DNA of 64,000 nt from Raillietiella orientalis (Eukaryota). Where the stretch lies: contig JAYWIR010000031.1 of assembly GCA_036172245.1 (NCBI GenBank), positions 2,046,001 to 2,110,000 of the forward strand, in the 5' to 3' direction. Shown in pieces: positions 23,201 through 37,696 of the stretch. Both the position numbers and the translations under genes were made by a program. The notes beneath the pieces were generated by a model. The model worked only from the letters and a program-made list of their open reading frames with translations, was not told the origin of the DNA and did not search any database. Each line of letters opens with the position of its first letter. Position 1 is the stretch's first letter.

Positions 23201-26200
23201 TTATGCTTGTAATGATGCCTTGCGCTTCCGATGATTCACATTAGTAGTAACATCAGGTTTCTCCTGAACTAAAGAGAGAATAGCATCTGGATTTATAGTC
23301 ACTGATTTTGTGCAGTTATTTGTTTTGTAGATACCAATAAGAAAGTTTGCTAATTCAAACATCTGTGGTCGAAGAGAAATGACAATGAATTGAGCATTTG
23401 ATGTGCGTTCCTATAAAGATATACATTTTTTAAAAATATTTGCATTTAATTGGTTTTACCTTTATATAGTTAGCTATAATAGAAACATTTTTGTAATCCA
23501 ATGCAGCATCAATTTCATCCATTACGTAGAGGGGTGTTGGACGAAAATGATGGAGGGCAAATACTAAAGCAAGAGATGAAAGTGTCTTTTCACCTCCAGA
23601 CAGATTTGATATTGTTTTCCATGATTTCTTTGGTGGTCTAACACTTGAGATACAATGTTATTTTGTTATCTAATGCAAAAAATGTTCATATCATCAAATA
23701 TGAATGAAACAAAAATAATGGACATGTTATACTCCAAATGAAATAACATGTTCTGGTAATTTAAATAGACATGAAGATGTATGCACCTGCAAAGTAAACT
23801 TTTCCTTAAAGGCAAATGTAACGAATCATTTCTTTTTAAAGTCTATAGATAAATGTGCACATGCACATCGGAGAGAGCTGTTCTAAAGGGTGATTGTAAA
23901 TTAACAACAAAATTTACAAAAACCCATTTTTAATTATAATCAAGATGTGAGATGCAGCCTCTGGAGATTCCATCCAAAATATTTCAGCAAGATGATTCCT
24001 ATTCAATTATATTCAATTGCAAAAGCAGCTCAATTACAATGTGAAGTACACCTGAGAATCAAATAACATGAAAAGCTAACTTAATAATTAATAAGACCAG
24101 GTTTGAAAGTGCTCTGATGTTTAACTAGAGTTCTGTGTTCAATTAAAAATGCATCTTATTTTCAAATGTCAAAATCACATTTCAACTAAAAGTGGAATAT
24201 ATCCTCCAAAGTAAATGGATGCTATGAATTAAATATACCTGTGCAAATGAAAATACCTATGCATAAAATAATGCATTGCAGTTTGAACATAAGATGAAAA
24301 TATTAGACACTACTGAATACTAAAGCTTGTGACAAATCTGAGTATTAAGTCAAAACAATAGGAATTATGATACATTTTGGACAAGACAGGATTGTTGGTC
24401 AATGCAAGATACCTAACCTATGTACTAGGATTATTGAAGGTGCAAATTTCAAGAGATAAAAGTCACTGCAGACATTACAACTAAGCTAATCATAAAAATT
24501 ACAAATAGTGTCTCAAATGTGAATTCTGCGAATGGTAAAGATAAGACAAATCTGGAACTTCAAATCACTTTGGGAAAAATGGTAATAATCTCTCATTATA
24601 ATTCCTTAAAATTTTCGTGGAAAAAAAAAAAAAAAAAAGGGAGATATCTTACATTGTCACTCAACTCTAGGCAATAAATTCATATGATTTTAGAATGCAT
24701 TTCCATGTTTTATAATGTAAATAATCGTGATGAGAAAACACCTTTTCTGCATGCCAAGAATGGTAAAGAGCAGATAGTTAAATTTCTGGGGAAGTGCTTA
24801 GGAATAAAAGAAAGCATTCCTGAATAAGTCTTATTCTAAATTAAACCATCAATTACTATAAAAAATCTCACAGGAATATATGTGTATAAGTAAAATACCT
24901 GAACACAACACCTTCACTAAAGGGATCCAAGGAATCTAATAATTCTAATTCAGCATCACCACCTAAAGTAATCATTTGATACATCTCTTTGAGCTTTGTG
25001 GTTATACAATTGAAACCCTCCATAAATTCATTCAATCGCTGCTTCTGAAACTTGTCTAGTAGGCTTTTGTATTGATCACGTTGTTGTGTGACTGCCTCTA
25101 ACTCAGCAACTCTTTCCAAATATATTTCTTCCTTGAAAAGGAGAAAGAACAAGTTGTCACTTACATAGCAACTGCACATGCTGGAAACATATACATTAAA
25201 TCACAAATTACCTTTTTCCTGTACTCTTCAATTGCATTTAAATTCGGATTTTCTGCTTCTAATTTTGCTTCCAAAAGTGTTAGGTCGTATTTTATTGTTT
25301 GAGGAACAAATTGTAAAATTTCTTCTGGTGTAAACGTCTTTAATGGCTCCTGTATTTCTCCATATAAGAATTCTAATTTTAATGTTGAAATCTTAAGACA
25401 ATACCCCATAAATAAGAAAAAATGTGAAATGCTACCTCTTTCTTCCAATGGGCAAGTTTGCTTTTATTTTCTTTTATGACACTCTCACATTTTTCGGCCT
25501 CTTGATCTAGATCTATTTTTAATATTTTCAATTCATTTTCCTTCTGTATAAGTTCCTCTAAATCAATTTTCATAGTTTTTAGATTTATTTCTTCTTCTTT
25601 AAGTTCTATCTTTATAAGAAAATTAAAAATAGTAATTAAATAATGATTTAAAAAATAAGTACTATTAGTAATTAAATACTAATACTAATTATTTAAAAAA
25701 AATTCAATTCTCAATGATAATATGCAGCATATACTGTAATTTATTTTATTTCTAATATTTACCAAATAAATTAACTACATATCAATGTCATTTGTGTATT
25801 AGTGCTACTATCACTGCTATTAGCTTATGATAAAATGCCATGTTTCGCAAAACAAAAAATTTATAAACCTATTTCAAAAAACTTGGCAATTTCTCTCACA
25901 ATGTGCATTTATAAGGAAATGTTAACATAAATTGAACAAAATCATTTTGTAAATAGATCTGATATAGATCACAAGTTTAATAGTAATCCCAAAAATGCAT
26001 ACTTTCAACTGGTTCATTTCTTCTAATATGAGTGCAGCTTTTTTTTCTATTTCTTGTTTGCTAACTCTTATTGTTTCTTGCTGTGCGATAAGATCATTTC
26101 TTTCTTGTTCTAAAGATGCCACTTGATCTTTACTTTTCTTCAGATTTCTGGATAAAAATTAATCACTTTACAATTCAGTTAATGCATTTCCGAAAACGGA

Positions 26201-29200
26201 GCAAACAGTAAACAACTGACACTCATCCATACATTGAGACAAAGCTCTTGAAAATAAAATGAAGAATGCAACATTCAAATCCAATTCATGATTTGCTTTA
26301 ATTCCACAAGTAGTCTGGCTACTTTAAGACCAAAATAAATGATGAATTATAATGGTAGCTCTTAAATTGAAAAATAAATAACTGACTTTAAATTTAAATC
26401 ACTATCTACTATCTATTTTTTGATTTTATGCCTCTGCTCTAATAATGGAACAATTAATTTTCTTCTCATCAATTGCATAGCAACGAAAAGAGCATTTCCT
26501 GCTTAATGTTATTTGTTTACAGCTATAATTTTGGATATTTTTTTGTGAGGTGAGGGGGGGAGGGGATCTATTTCAGCATTCCATATACCTGAAGTATAGG
26601 AGGAATTTCTATTGTAAAATACAGATCACAAGAATATTTTGATAGAAGGCTTCACAAAAATGTGAATCTATCAAAATTTAAAAAATAACAAACAATCCAT
26701 CACATCCGCAAATCATCATTGGGTTGAATTTTTCAGTTCATAAAATAAACTTTACCATATTATGCATTCCTTTATAATTGACTGTAGATGTATTTTGCAT
26801 TCCAGTATATAATAGCATGTTGTGTATGGCAAACAAAATACGTATGAACTATGTTTATTGAGGAAAAATCGTATGCAAAGAAAGAATTTCTTTTTTTTAA
26901 ACACGTTCTTCAACATTCTTTTTCATTCAGTAAAAACATGAGAACGATTGCGAATGAACTGCAACATGCATATTTAATAATATACACACCTTTCACTAGT
27001 TTTAATAGCAACTGTAAGTTGAGTGATCTGTGAAGAATAGTTCTGAATGTCTTGATCAAGCTGTTGAATGTGTTTCTTTAGACCAGATGTCTTTTTATCT
27101 ATTAATGCTGTAATTTTCTCATTTAATTCACCAACAAGGACCTCGATGTCTTTGGTTTTTGAGCTTTCACTTTCAAAAACTAAAATTAAGAAACTTTCCC
27201 ATCAATTTTTTATCCATAAAATTAAAATCAAACCTTTCAGCTTGAGTGACAATTCTTCTTCAAGTTTTTTGATTTCTTTCACATCTGGAATGCTTTCTCT
27301 GGCCTTTTCTTTCTGTTTTTCAAGATGAGTTGCTAATGAAGTCTTTTCTTCTTCCAGAGCCTTCATAAAAATAAAAAAGAATGCACAGTTGATATATAAG
27401 ATAACTCAGACTAGTTACATGACCACTTCCTTTTTATAATTCAACTTAAAATAAGAATAAATATCTAAATTTAAATTTACAAAAATTTCAAGAACCTACT
27501 ATACGACACCTGGATTTTTTGAACAAATTTTGCTTTATTTTGTGTGAACTGTGTGATTTGCAACTTTAGTTCTGAACAATGCTTTCTCTCTAACTCTAAG
27601 TTCTTTACTATCTCTTCTAATTTTTTCGAAATTTGTGTAGCCTCTTCCTGAATGTGATCCAGTGAACTAGCAGATTCAGTTGTGGATTTGTCAGAACTAC
27701 TCATTCGACCAGACAATACAGTTTTACCTCCTCCACTCATTATCCCTGAAATACAATAAAGTTTGAACACATGCACTCCATTGAACTATAAAGAAATAAA
27801 GTGAATTATTTTTGATCCTAAGTACTTAAAATATATTTAAAACGAATTTTATAACAACCTTGGTTTGAAATTCTTTTTGATGCTAGGAAGTTCTACTGAC
27901 TATTTAGTGCTGACAACTGAAAAACGCGCAATCACAAAATTACATTCTTTGAACAACAAACAATACTTATACTACTAGTAGAAGACTTTAGTTTCAAACA
28001 ATTACAAAGATTCACTGTGAACTATACTAAAGTACATGAAACATATCAGATTCAATGTTCATGCACTTTCAAAGATAAAACAGCAATCAAGTCTATTTTG
28101 CAGTTAATTTCTTTTTAAATTTCTGCTGTTCGGCATAAGGCAAAATTTACTTAGAATGTCTAAGAAAAGCAATTTACTTGTTACTATTTTAAATTTCAAT
28201 CACAGGTTTTTGAAAGCACACAGTATGAAGTTTCGGTAATCATTGAATATATTTATTAATCTGAGGAATGATGTGATTCCTCCAATAAATGCAATAAAAA
28301 ATTGTATAAAGATTTTTATTTCCTCAAAAAGTAGGTGAAAAAATACCAATTCAAAGAGATAATTAAACAACACAGAAAGCTTAAACACATAAGTATATTT
28401 TTTAAAAATCCTTATGGCAGAAGAATAAACGGATTTTTTCGTCGACTAATTATTAACTAACTGTTTTGCACAACTTAAATAAAATTACTATTTACCTGAC
28501 ATTTCAATTAAATCACCCTTGAGTGTAACAACTCTGTGTCTTTTAGGCCCATATGCTATTTTTACTCCATGTTCCAAATTATTTGCGACTAGTGTATCTC
28601 TCAAAGCAAAATAAAATGCTGTTTTAAACTTTTTATCTTTTACTTTGACTAAATCAAAAAGTCGAGAAACATTATCTGGTCTAAAATTTTAATGAGATCA
28701 CACTGGAAGCATATTTACGTTTGCATTCTCTGTGAAGACAGGCTTTCCCATTTCTTCTGTTTCTCAAGTGCTATAAATGTTGCACAGCCAATGCTATTTT
28801 CTTTTAAATAAGCAATACACTTCTGAGCAGTCATAATTGAATCAACAACAATGTTATCTAAAGCTGCACAAGCAGTAGATATGGCAACATCATATTTAGA
28901 ATCAATAGTTCCTAAATCGCCCTAAAACATTCAGGAGAAAAGCTCCATAAATAAATCAGACAGAGGTTAAACTTTGAAGAAGACTAGAGGGCAGCATTGA
29001 GGATATGACAAGTGTTATGACTTAAGTTAAAATATTAGTTCAACTGTTATTTCACTCTAATATAAAAATGAGAGCAACTCATATGTATAAATAAATAATA
29101 ATAAATAATTAGTCTTTGATACAATGAAGTACAAATGCTTTATTGCAGAAAAGAGGAAGGTTGTAGTTCAACCATCATGTTACATATAGGCAATTACATC

Positions 29201-32200
29201 ACATGGACATTATTTTTAACAAAGACTCACAGTAATGTAACCAAATGTTCAGGTGCTAAGATGTCAACAATGCTTTTATCCAAACTGCAAATGAACCAGT
29301 TTGAGAAAAGGTAAATATAAGCAGAAAAATGAAACCTAGTATCACTGTTTTAACTTTAATGAACCTTTATAAAGATCAAAATACCTAACATAAAAGTTTT
29401 TTAAATTCAGAGTAATAGATGTAATATTCAAATTCAGTAAATGAATAGTTAGAAACTCAAAATTAAAAGTGACATGATAAAGAAATGTTCAAAACAACGC
29501 CACGCATTTATCTTCTCTTGCTATTAAAAAATTAAATAACTAAATTTGCTTAATTCAATTTATGGTTCTTTAATCCAATTCAATTCTCAAATAAACTTTA
29601 CATTTCTATGAGTTTGCATTTGGATTATAAATAAATGCATATACATTAATGATTAAACTTAATACACAAATACACTTAATACACTTAAGCAATTTTCTGT
29701 GCTATAAAGAAATCTGAAAATTAGAGATTATGAACATCCAATGTAAATAGGGAATTCAGTTAGCATTAAATTAAAATAAACAACACAACTCTTCATATAC
29801 AGAAAAACATGATAGCATAAACACTCTCGTACTAACCAAGCGTCCATAAATTCCAGGGATGCTTCCTAATTCTTTTTGGCGTAATAGGGCACTAAGTACT
29901 TTGTTCTTAGATTTCATTACTTGTAAATTGGATTGCTTTTCACTTAAAACCATCCTCAAATTTCTCAAGTGCGAATGTAAATCTTGTTCATCATTTTCAT
30001 ATTTTGAAATAATGGGGAGACACTCTTGTAATTCTGTTTGTTTCTGAGACAAGTCTTTGTTTAAATCATCATAACTCCTAAACAATTATTCAATAAATCT
30101 GAAAACATTAAAAAAAAAATTCACAAACCTTTTTGTTTTCTCATATTCTTCTGATACATTCTGCAGTTCATTTGATAGTTTATCCACTTTCAGCATTTCT
30201 TTTTTTTCTGCACTTTTCAATAAGTCAAGCTTAGATCTAATAATATCGACCTGAAATTCATCTCGAGTAAATAGCTGATATTTTAGAAATCACCTAAGAT
30301 AGCTTAAACAAAAGTTCATTTATTACTGTAAAAATTGGTTCTCCAGATAATTTATATGTACTCAATGTTCTCTTAATTCTAAATTACACTAACATTTGAT
30401 TTTGCTTCATCTCTTTTTCTTGTTAACTTAATGAGATCGTTTTGGTATGCTTCTTTTTCATCCTGAAGAGGATTAGTTTCTAATCTTACTAGTTCCAGAG
30501 CATCAGAGAAATCTTTCTCTAATTTTTGCTTTTTCGTTTCCAAATCTATTGTTAAAGAAGAAAGTTTTTTAATTTTCTGTTCATTCTGTGATGGCACAAG
30601 TTCAAATTCATGAATCTAAAAATCCAGTTATAAACTCAAAAATTGACGATGGGCATAAATTGCAAACCTTCTCTTTCTCCAATTTGCAGTTATTATCTAA
30701 TCTTTTAAGAGTTACATAACTATGTTTCAGGCTCTCATTTAATTTCATATCTTCCTGCTCAAGTGTTTTGAAGTTCTCAGACAAAATTTCATTTCTTTTG
30801 GATAATGAAGAACAAGTTCTAAAAAAAGCATGCTATTAATGATTTTAAAAATAATACAATGGGGCCGCAACTCGGAATCATGAATTATTAAACACTGTTA
30901 AATGCAAACATACAAACAGTGTACGCAAAGCAAAATACTGATAAATGTAGTTACACAGAATTACAAAGAATTAGATTTCTAAAAAGTTGTACTTTGAGTG
31001 CAAGAAACCTGATTCATCAGTGTAAAGCATGAATTGTAGATGTTAGGATTATAGTCAAAAAAAAAAAAAGAATTGAACAGAATGACTCCTCCCGAAATTA
31101 CTACATTAAGTTTCATTCCATTCTAATCAAAAAGCTTTTTCATACCATGACGATCCTAATGATCCCAACATGGGATCACAAAAATCAAAATACTGCAGCA
31201 AGTACTGATTATAAAATTACTTACTTGTTTAATTTGTTTATTTCAGAGTCCTTGTCTACTTTCAATTTAGAAGCTTCAGATAATTCTGATTTGATGCCAG
31301 TAGCTTTACTGATTATTTCTTTTTTTTGTGCATTTGATTCTTCAATTTGGTGCTGACACTGATCTCTAATATTTCAATAAAATCATACAGCACTCATACA
31401 AAACATACATATAACATTGAAACAGAATGTTTTTTTTATACACAATCTCATTCATTTTCTTCAGATAGCTCACTGCAGCATTTTTGGACCCTTCAAGTTC
31501 TATTTTCTCATTTTCAATTATTTTTACTCTGTTCAGTTTTTCCTGTCTTTTTTCAGACAATTCTTCTATATTCAGTGTTAGTTTCTCTATAGAAGCCTTT
31601 ACAATAAAAAACAATTAAAAGCATATTCTTCACTATTAAAGAAATCCAATATCACAAGTTTTGTGCAAATTGAAAATTCATGCAAAAGCATATGTGCATT
31701 CAATGCATTCAATGAATATTTATCAGCATAATTTGACTTTAGGAACAAAATCATTTGCAACAAAACGAAACATTTTAAAATAAGCTATTGATAATACTAT
31801 ATCACCCAGTCATTCTTTACTTGTCCAATCTGTATTCTAAAAACATTGTGGGAAAACTTTGCTGTTTTCATACTTTAATTATATCTATTATGTGGGAAAA
31901 CATTATTCAGAATGAAAATTGGCATCAAGAAAGAATTGGAGCTTTATAAGAACAAGATCAATACAGACCTGATTAAAAGGCAATTTAGAGTAAATACATC
32001 TTATGCTCCTCTTTCATATTATTTAAAAATGCTTTCAAATATTTTGAATACAAGTTTATTGATAAATTCAAAATTGACTATGAAATGTTGGGACTGTGTA
32101 ACAGAAGTAGTGATGACATTTCTCATTCTGATAACTACCAGATAAAACCACGTATGATATGGATTGCACAGGGCATCCATACTCGCTGGTACTTGCCTCT

Positions 32201-35200
32201 AAGTTGTGTTCCCCAAGGATTACAATTATTCGAGCAATTAAAAGTTCATTTAGGATCTTTCCCCATCTATCAACAATTACAAAGTCTTCTGAAATCTCAT
32301 CATAACCAATATGAAATTGCACATTTACTATGTACTGTATTTCCAACAAGTCAAGTTTTAAATTTTCATCACATAGTTGTTATCCATTCCATATTTGTTA
32401 AATACAAGATAAGAAATGTGAAAGTAAAAGTGAGTGTTGGATGTAAGTTGCAAAAAATATTTTTAAAAAATATGCTCTATTATAATGACTATATATTGTG
32501 GAGTTATATAAGGTGCTGAATGAATCTCACTGAGCAGAAATTCAGATATAATAATTGAATTTAACAATAATTTGAAGAGTGAAATTTTAGAATAAACCTT
32601 TCTCAATGAATAAACACTACCTTACTTTTGAAACATGCTCATTTTTTTCTTTTTCAATTTTGTACTACAGAAACTGCAAGAAGTCAAAATAAATTCTGAG
32701 GTTAAGTCAGATTCTAGATATGAATAAAATTATACGAGTATATTTCCACTTCCAAAAAACTACTCATGCAAACTATAGAGAGACCTGAGTGAGCATTAAT
32801 ATGGTTGCTGCCAAATAAATAAGAGTTGTACAAAAAAAAAAAAAAAAAACATTCTAGAAGCAAGAAAACAATAATGCACATCGGGACTGTTGAATTAGTC
32901 AAATTAATATAACAGTCCGTGTGGCATTAACTAGGGACTATTAGTGTTTTTTCAGTGGAATACTGGAAGACAAATAGCATTCAAACAAGCTGAAGCAATC
33001 AGAACCAAAGCTTACCCAAGACAACCATGATAACCATTCTTGCATGTACCTGACTAATTTCCTTGAAAAGAAAAGCAGTCACACAAAAATACACTACACA
33101 GTCTACAGTTGCATGAGAGTCAAATGCAAAAACAACATTTCCAAGAATCTCTAGAAATGCATTACAAAGTGAAAGTTTCCCACTGAGATATCATGGAAAT
33201 TTTTTTTTTTTCCCCAGTTTTACAAAATCATAAAGCAGTAATCAAACAGACACTCATCATGCATTTGAATTTATGTGAAGATTGGCACAATATGCATAAA
33301 CAATAGCGAACTCAATGCTGGAACTTCTTACAATCTCACACTTTCAAATTCTGTAATTTACATTCAAGTATGAATCACTATTCTAATTTTGACTCACTCT
33401 CCTACACAATATTATTTATTTATTCACTTCTCATCCTTACTACAATAAATCACAGTGCATTTAAAATGATTATTTTTCAAAAAGTGCAGCAAAGTATTAA
33501 GATTGCACAGACTTTGTAACTTTTAACACACACCTTAAATCTACAAGAACCAATCACATCTTCTAAATATTCAAGCATTCCAGACTCATGCTCACTTTGA
33601 GACTTTGGTTTCATCTGAGAAATATGTTCAACTTCTCCCTGTAAAACAAAGACCATTTCTTCTGATCACTAAATATGTAAACTAATTACCTGTAAAATTA
33701 AAAAACGATTGTGAACCAAATCTATCCCGAAGGAATTCAGCAGATTCGATACTTCTTTAAAAAGAGCTTTCTTTCCGTCTATTTGATAATAAGAAGAATT
33801 ATCCTTGAATACAGTTCTTGAAATGACAAAACCTGAATGCTGATCTTCATTTGATGGACTACTGGTCTACAGAGAAAAATACGATGATAATTCAAACTTT
33901 GCACAAGTCAATACTTCAAGATAATCCAGGATGTATTTTAGGTAACAATATGCATAGGCTATAATATAAAATTAACAAGACAAGAGATTCAGAAGATATA
34001 AATTAAATGACTAACAATAGATCTCATATATTATTAAACATTTTGATTAGGTAGAAAAATACCTTTTTTTTCCATCATAAAATGACTTAATAGAACAGAA
34101 CAGTGCAAAAACTAAACAGCAACCAGTGTGTAACATTTAAATAAGCACAAAGTACAACGTAAAATCAATATTTTTAAAATTCAATTTTCATAATAAGCCC
34201 TTAAAAACAGTAGTTATTCTAAATGGCTTCCACATAAAAACAAACTAATACTCTGTAAAACTTACATTATATTTATACATAAAATCGAATTCCCACAGCA
34301 ATTATACGGACATGGACATAAGTGTAACTTCTGTGAATGCTTTGGATAAAATAAAACTCATGTTTACAAATATGTGCTCAGTATGCTTGATTTTCCTACA
34401 GCCAACAAGAAAAGTTGTGATTTGACAGACTTTCAAACAAAAATCATAAAGCAAAAATAGCAATGTCGAACATTTAATATTAAAATACACAAAATGGTGG
34501 AAGCAGTGATCACAACTAATAAAAACACACTTATAACATATGTGCATTTGCTATACTGCATACAAATTGCAAATTCAAATCGCAAATTGAAAAGAAAAAT
34601 CTCATCACCGTAAATACTGTATGCACATTAGAAAACTTAACAATTAAAAGGTCGGTGACTAGTACACCATGCTTCCCTATAAACTATAATGATGATAATA
34701 ATAGCAAAAGGCTCCATGTCTATGATTTGCATAATTTTTTTTTTTGGCAGCATGCATCATCTTGATAATCAAGAAATTTGAAAGCCATGTAACAGAAGAA
34801 GTCCAACTTCCATACAAATTAGCAGCAGTGAATGCACTAGGATGTGAAAAAGTCAAGCAGGAATTATTTACTCAGTACATAAATAAACATGCCATGCAAT
34901 GCATTAACATCAGTTGCATTTCTTATTGAAAAACCACTTTCTAATCTCTAAATTAAAACAATTTTCGGGGTTCAGATTATCTGAACAATTTTGCATACAA
35001 AAACCCATGATTCCAAAACTGAATATGCAGTATGCCATACATATCTGCAATAATGACAATTGTAGATACAGGAAACATTGTTTAACACAAGTATCCAATT
35101 TCTTTCAATCATAAATTAATAACAGGTACATCAAAACTTAAGCCATGAAAGATATGGTGAAAAAAAGTCATCATACCAATCTATGAAGTACTTGAAAATG

Positions 35201-35906
35201 AACTGCAACAGTACAAAAATTGAGATTGGGATGAGCATCTGAAGAATGAATTACAACAGAAAGCTTTTTAGATCTTATCTTCTGAGCTCGGTATCCAAAT
35301 ACAAAAAGCATTGAATCGATGACATTGCTTTTCCCACTACCATTGGGTCCAATTATGGATGAAAATTTCTAAAAATTATTAATAGATATATACATATGCA
35401 TATAATAGATACACTTATAAGTGAACCCATAAGGCTCGTTGATGAAATATTTCAAATTGAGTAAAAATACAATTACGGAAAATACTTCTGCAATCAATAT
35501 AATTAACTTTATTGCTAGTGGGGGAGAATTTCGGTTTCTTCAATTACAAGACCTAGCTTAATGTTTCTTCCACCATACAGAAGATTATTGAAACCCCATG
35601 GAAAATTTCACAAATCACACAACAACCCGAGTTATGTAGATGGGATCATACAATACTATGCCCTAAATCACAAACAAGTAAACTATAACAAGTTTCCCAC
35701 AAATGACTTACCTCATGAAATGGTCCCAATACATGCTTTCCAAAGTAGCTTTTAAAATTGGTATTCTCGATACATTTTATAATCAGCATCTGACCCGTTT
35801 CCTGATACCGTGGAGGAGCTTTCGGTATATCCACCAGCAGTTCGTCATCCTCTCCGTTTTCAAATGACTCACACTCAAGTCCTCCAATGCTTTCTTCACT
35901 TTCCAT
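23201..35906 (-). CDS. SMC4: Structural maintenance of chromosomes protein 4 (condensin), multi-exon
   Basis: N-terminal NFKSYFGKHVLGPFH|...SIIGPNGSGKSNVIDSMLFVFGYRAQKIRSKKLSVVIH (Walker A) and HNRFLILQGEVEHISQMKPK. Hinge GIYGRLGDLGTIDSKYDVAISTAC and RVVTLKGDLIEMSGIMSGGG. C-terminal ITLGGDAELELLDSLDPFSEGVVFSVRPPKKSWKTISNLSGGEKTLSSLALVFALHHFRPTPLYVMDEIDAALD. Stop codon at 23201-23203. Confidence 0.97.
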
Positions 35907-37696
35907 TCTATGATTATCCTTACTAACTCTTATTCCACCATTATTCTGGGAGCTTTTTTATTCCACCATCATTTGGCTCTTTTAAACCCACCTATGAATT
36001 TCCCGCATTTTCAAACAGAATTGCTACTGCATGATCTAAATAGTGGAAAATTCGCTTCTTAGTAGTCAAAAACGAAAGTACATTTCCATACGCCTGCATT
36101 TGCAGTTCTTTTCAAATTTACTTTTGAGAAAATGTTCTCTTAAGCGAAACATGTATCGTATTGTAATAATGACATTATAATGTATATTTAAAAACAATTG
36201 AGCATGCCATTAAAGAAATACACTAATGGTTAAATTAATAACGATTACATCTGAGGTGCCCATGTTGAAAAGATTTTACTGCAGATATAAACATAAGAGT
36301 TTATTCTGTAATGCATTCCACAATACGTATTCAAAGGAAACCTCTTCAGTATTGACTGCCACTGTTATTTCACATTATTAGTATGAGTCAAAAGTAAAAC
36401 TTCGTAAATCCGTCTTGCTCAAGAATCAGCCAAGTTGTAAACAAGAATTCATCTCCAGAAGTTGTTAATGCCTTCTTTGAGAAATGAAACAAAATGTGCA
36501 TAGTGTATGAGCACAAATACTTCCTTTGATTTCTTGAGTACTTTCGTAATAGATATAGTGCTTATGTATATATTTGTATGAGAGCGGGATATAATCGCAA
36601 TATCACAAATAAATAATTTTTCAAGTGAATTTGATAACTGAATTTAAAAAGAGCACACCAAAACGTGAAATATATTTAACACAATCGCATGTTTTCTCTT
36701 ATGAACTCGAAAATTTAATGAAATTAAAACTAATGAGTAAAGCATTTCAGACTTCATGAATTTAGTAAGGACAATAAATGCATGCAGATTCAATCAGTTT
36801 TTTTGGAACGATGTTTAATTTTTTTTCTTATTTTTTAAAAATCGACTTGGGACATTAAGAAGACTATTTTTCGATGTCGTCCTATTTCCTCAATGAATTT
36901 GCTTTATGATGCATATTTATTCATCTACAAATTTCCAGAATTGAGATTTTCGTTCCTTTTTGACATCTACGAATGAAATTGTGAAACGAAATTGGCTACA
37001 TATTTCAAGTAGTTAAAGTCTGATACAAAAATTATGCTTGGAGGTGGAGTTCTTTAAAATTTGGAATTCAGGTAGCTCTCAAAGTTGATTGTACTTGTGA
37101 TAACATTGCTACGAGATTTTAAGAGCAACTTTGGAATCCCTATAACTGCAAGTGCAATCATATTTGGAGTATTAATGTGTGTGCAATATCATTTGGGATT
37201 ACTAAATTATATACTTACGTCAAATTAGGACATTGCTCGTTACTAATCTTTGCCATTATTGTTTCGGTTGTGATTGTTTCCTCGAGTTGAAGAATTCTAA
37301 ACAAGTGGATATTTGAACCCAGTACGGATGTTTATTCATTCGTGTTATTAATATTTACGTGACTATTCAGGTGGTTTCCAAACTATGCTTAAGTCATAGT
37401 CATAGAAAATAGTCACGAATAAATGAATGCATCGAGAAGTTTATATTGGTGAGTACATGTTTTGACGGTCATTGGAAGCATTTAAAGTGTGGATTTGAAT
37501 AGGATCTTCAAGATTCGGGTGTATTCCCCACGAATATTGCCAAAGTTTGGTTTTGACTAAAGGAGTTGCATTAAAAATCTCACGCAATGATTGTAGTGCT
37601 TGTAGAATCCTATAGACATATTACTAATTTTTGATTCAAAGAGAGAAAAACAGCAAAAATTCATTGTATTTTCAAAGCAAAAACTTCTGCTAAGAG

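Noticed and set aside
32068..32349. Minus-strand ORF with VILGEHNL, resembling trypsin-family 'LGEHN'
   Set aside because: No TAAHC, DIAL or GDSGGP motifs seen nearby; probably the shadow of the plus-strand ORF.
36200..37620. Exon-like minus-strand stretches between the divergent SMC4 and NCKAP1 starts
   Set aside because: Could not be joined into a consistent frame; may be promoter or UTR sequence.
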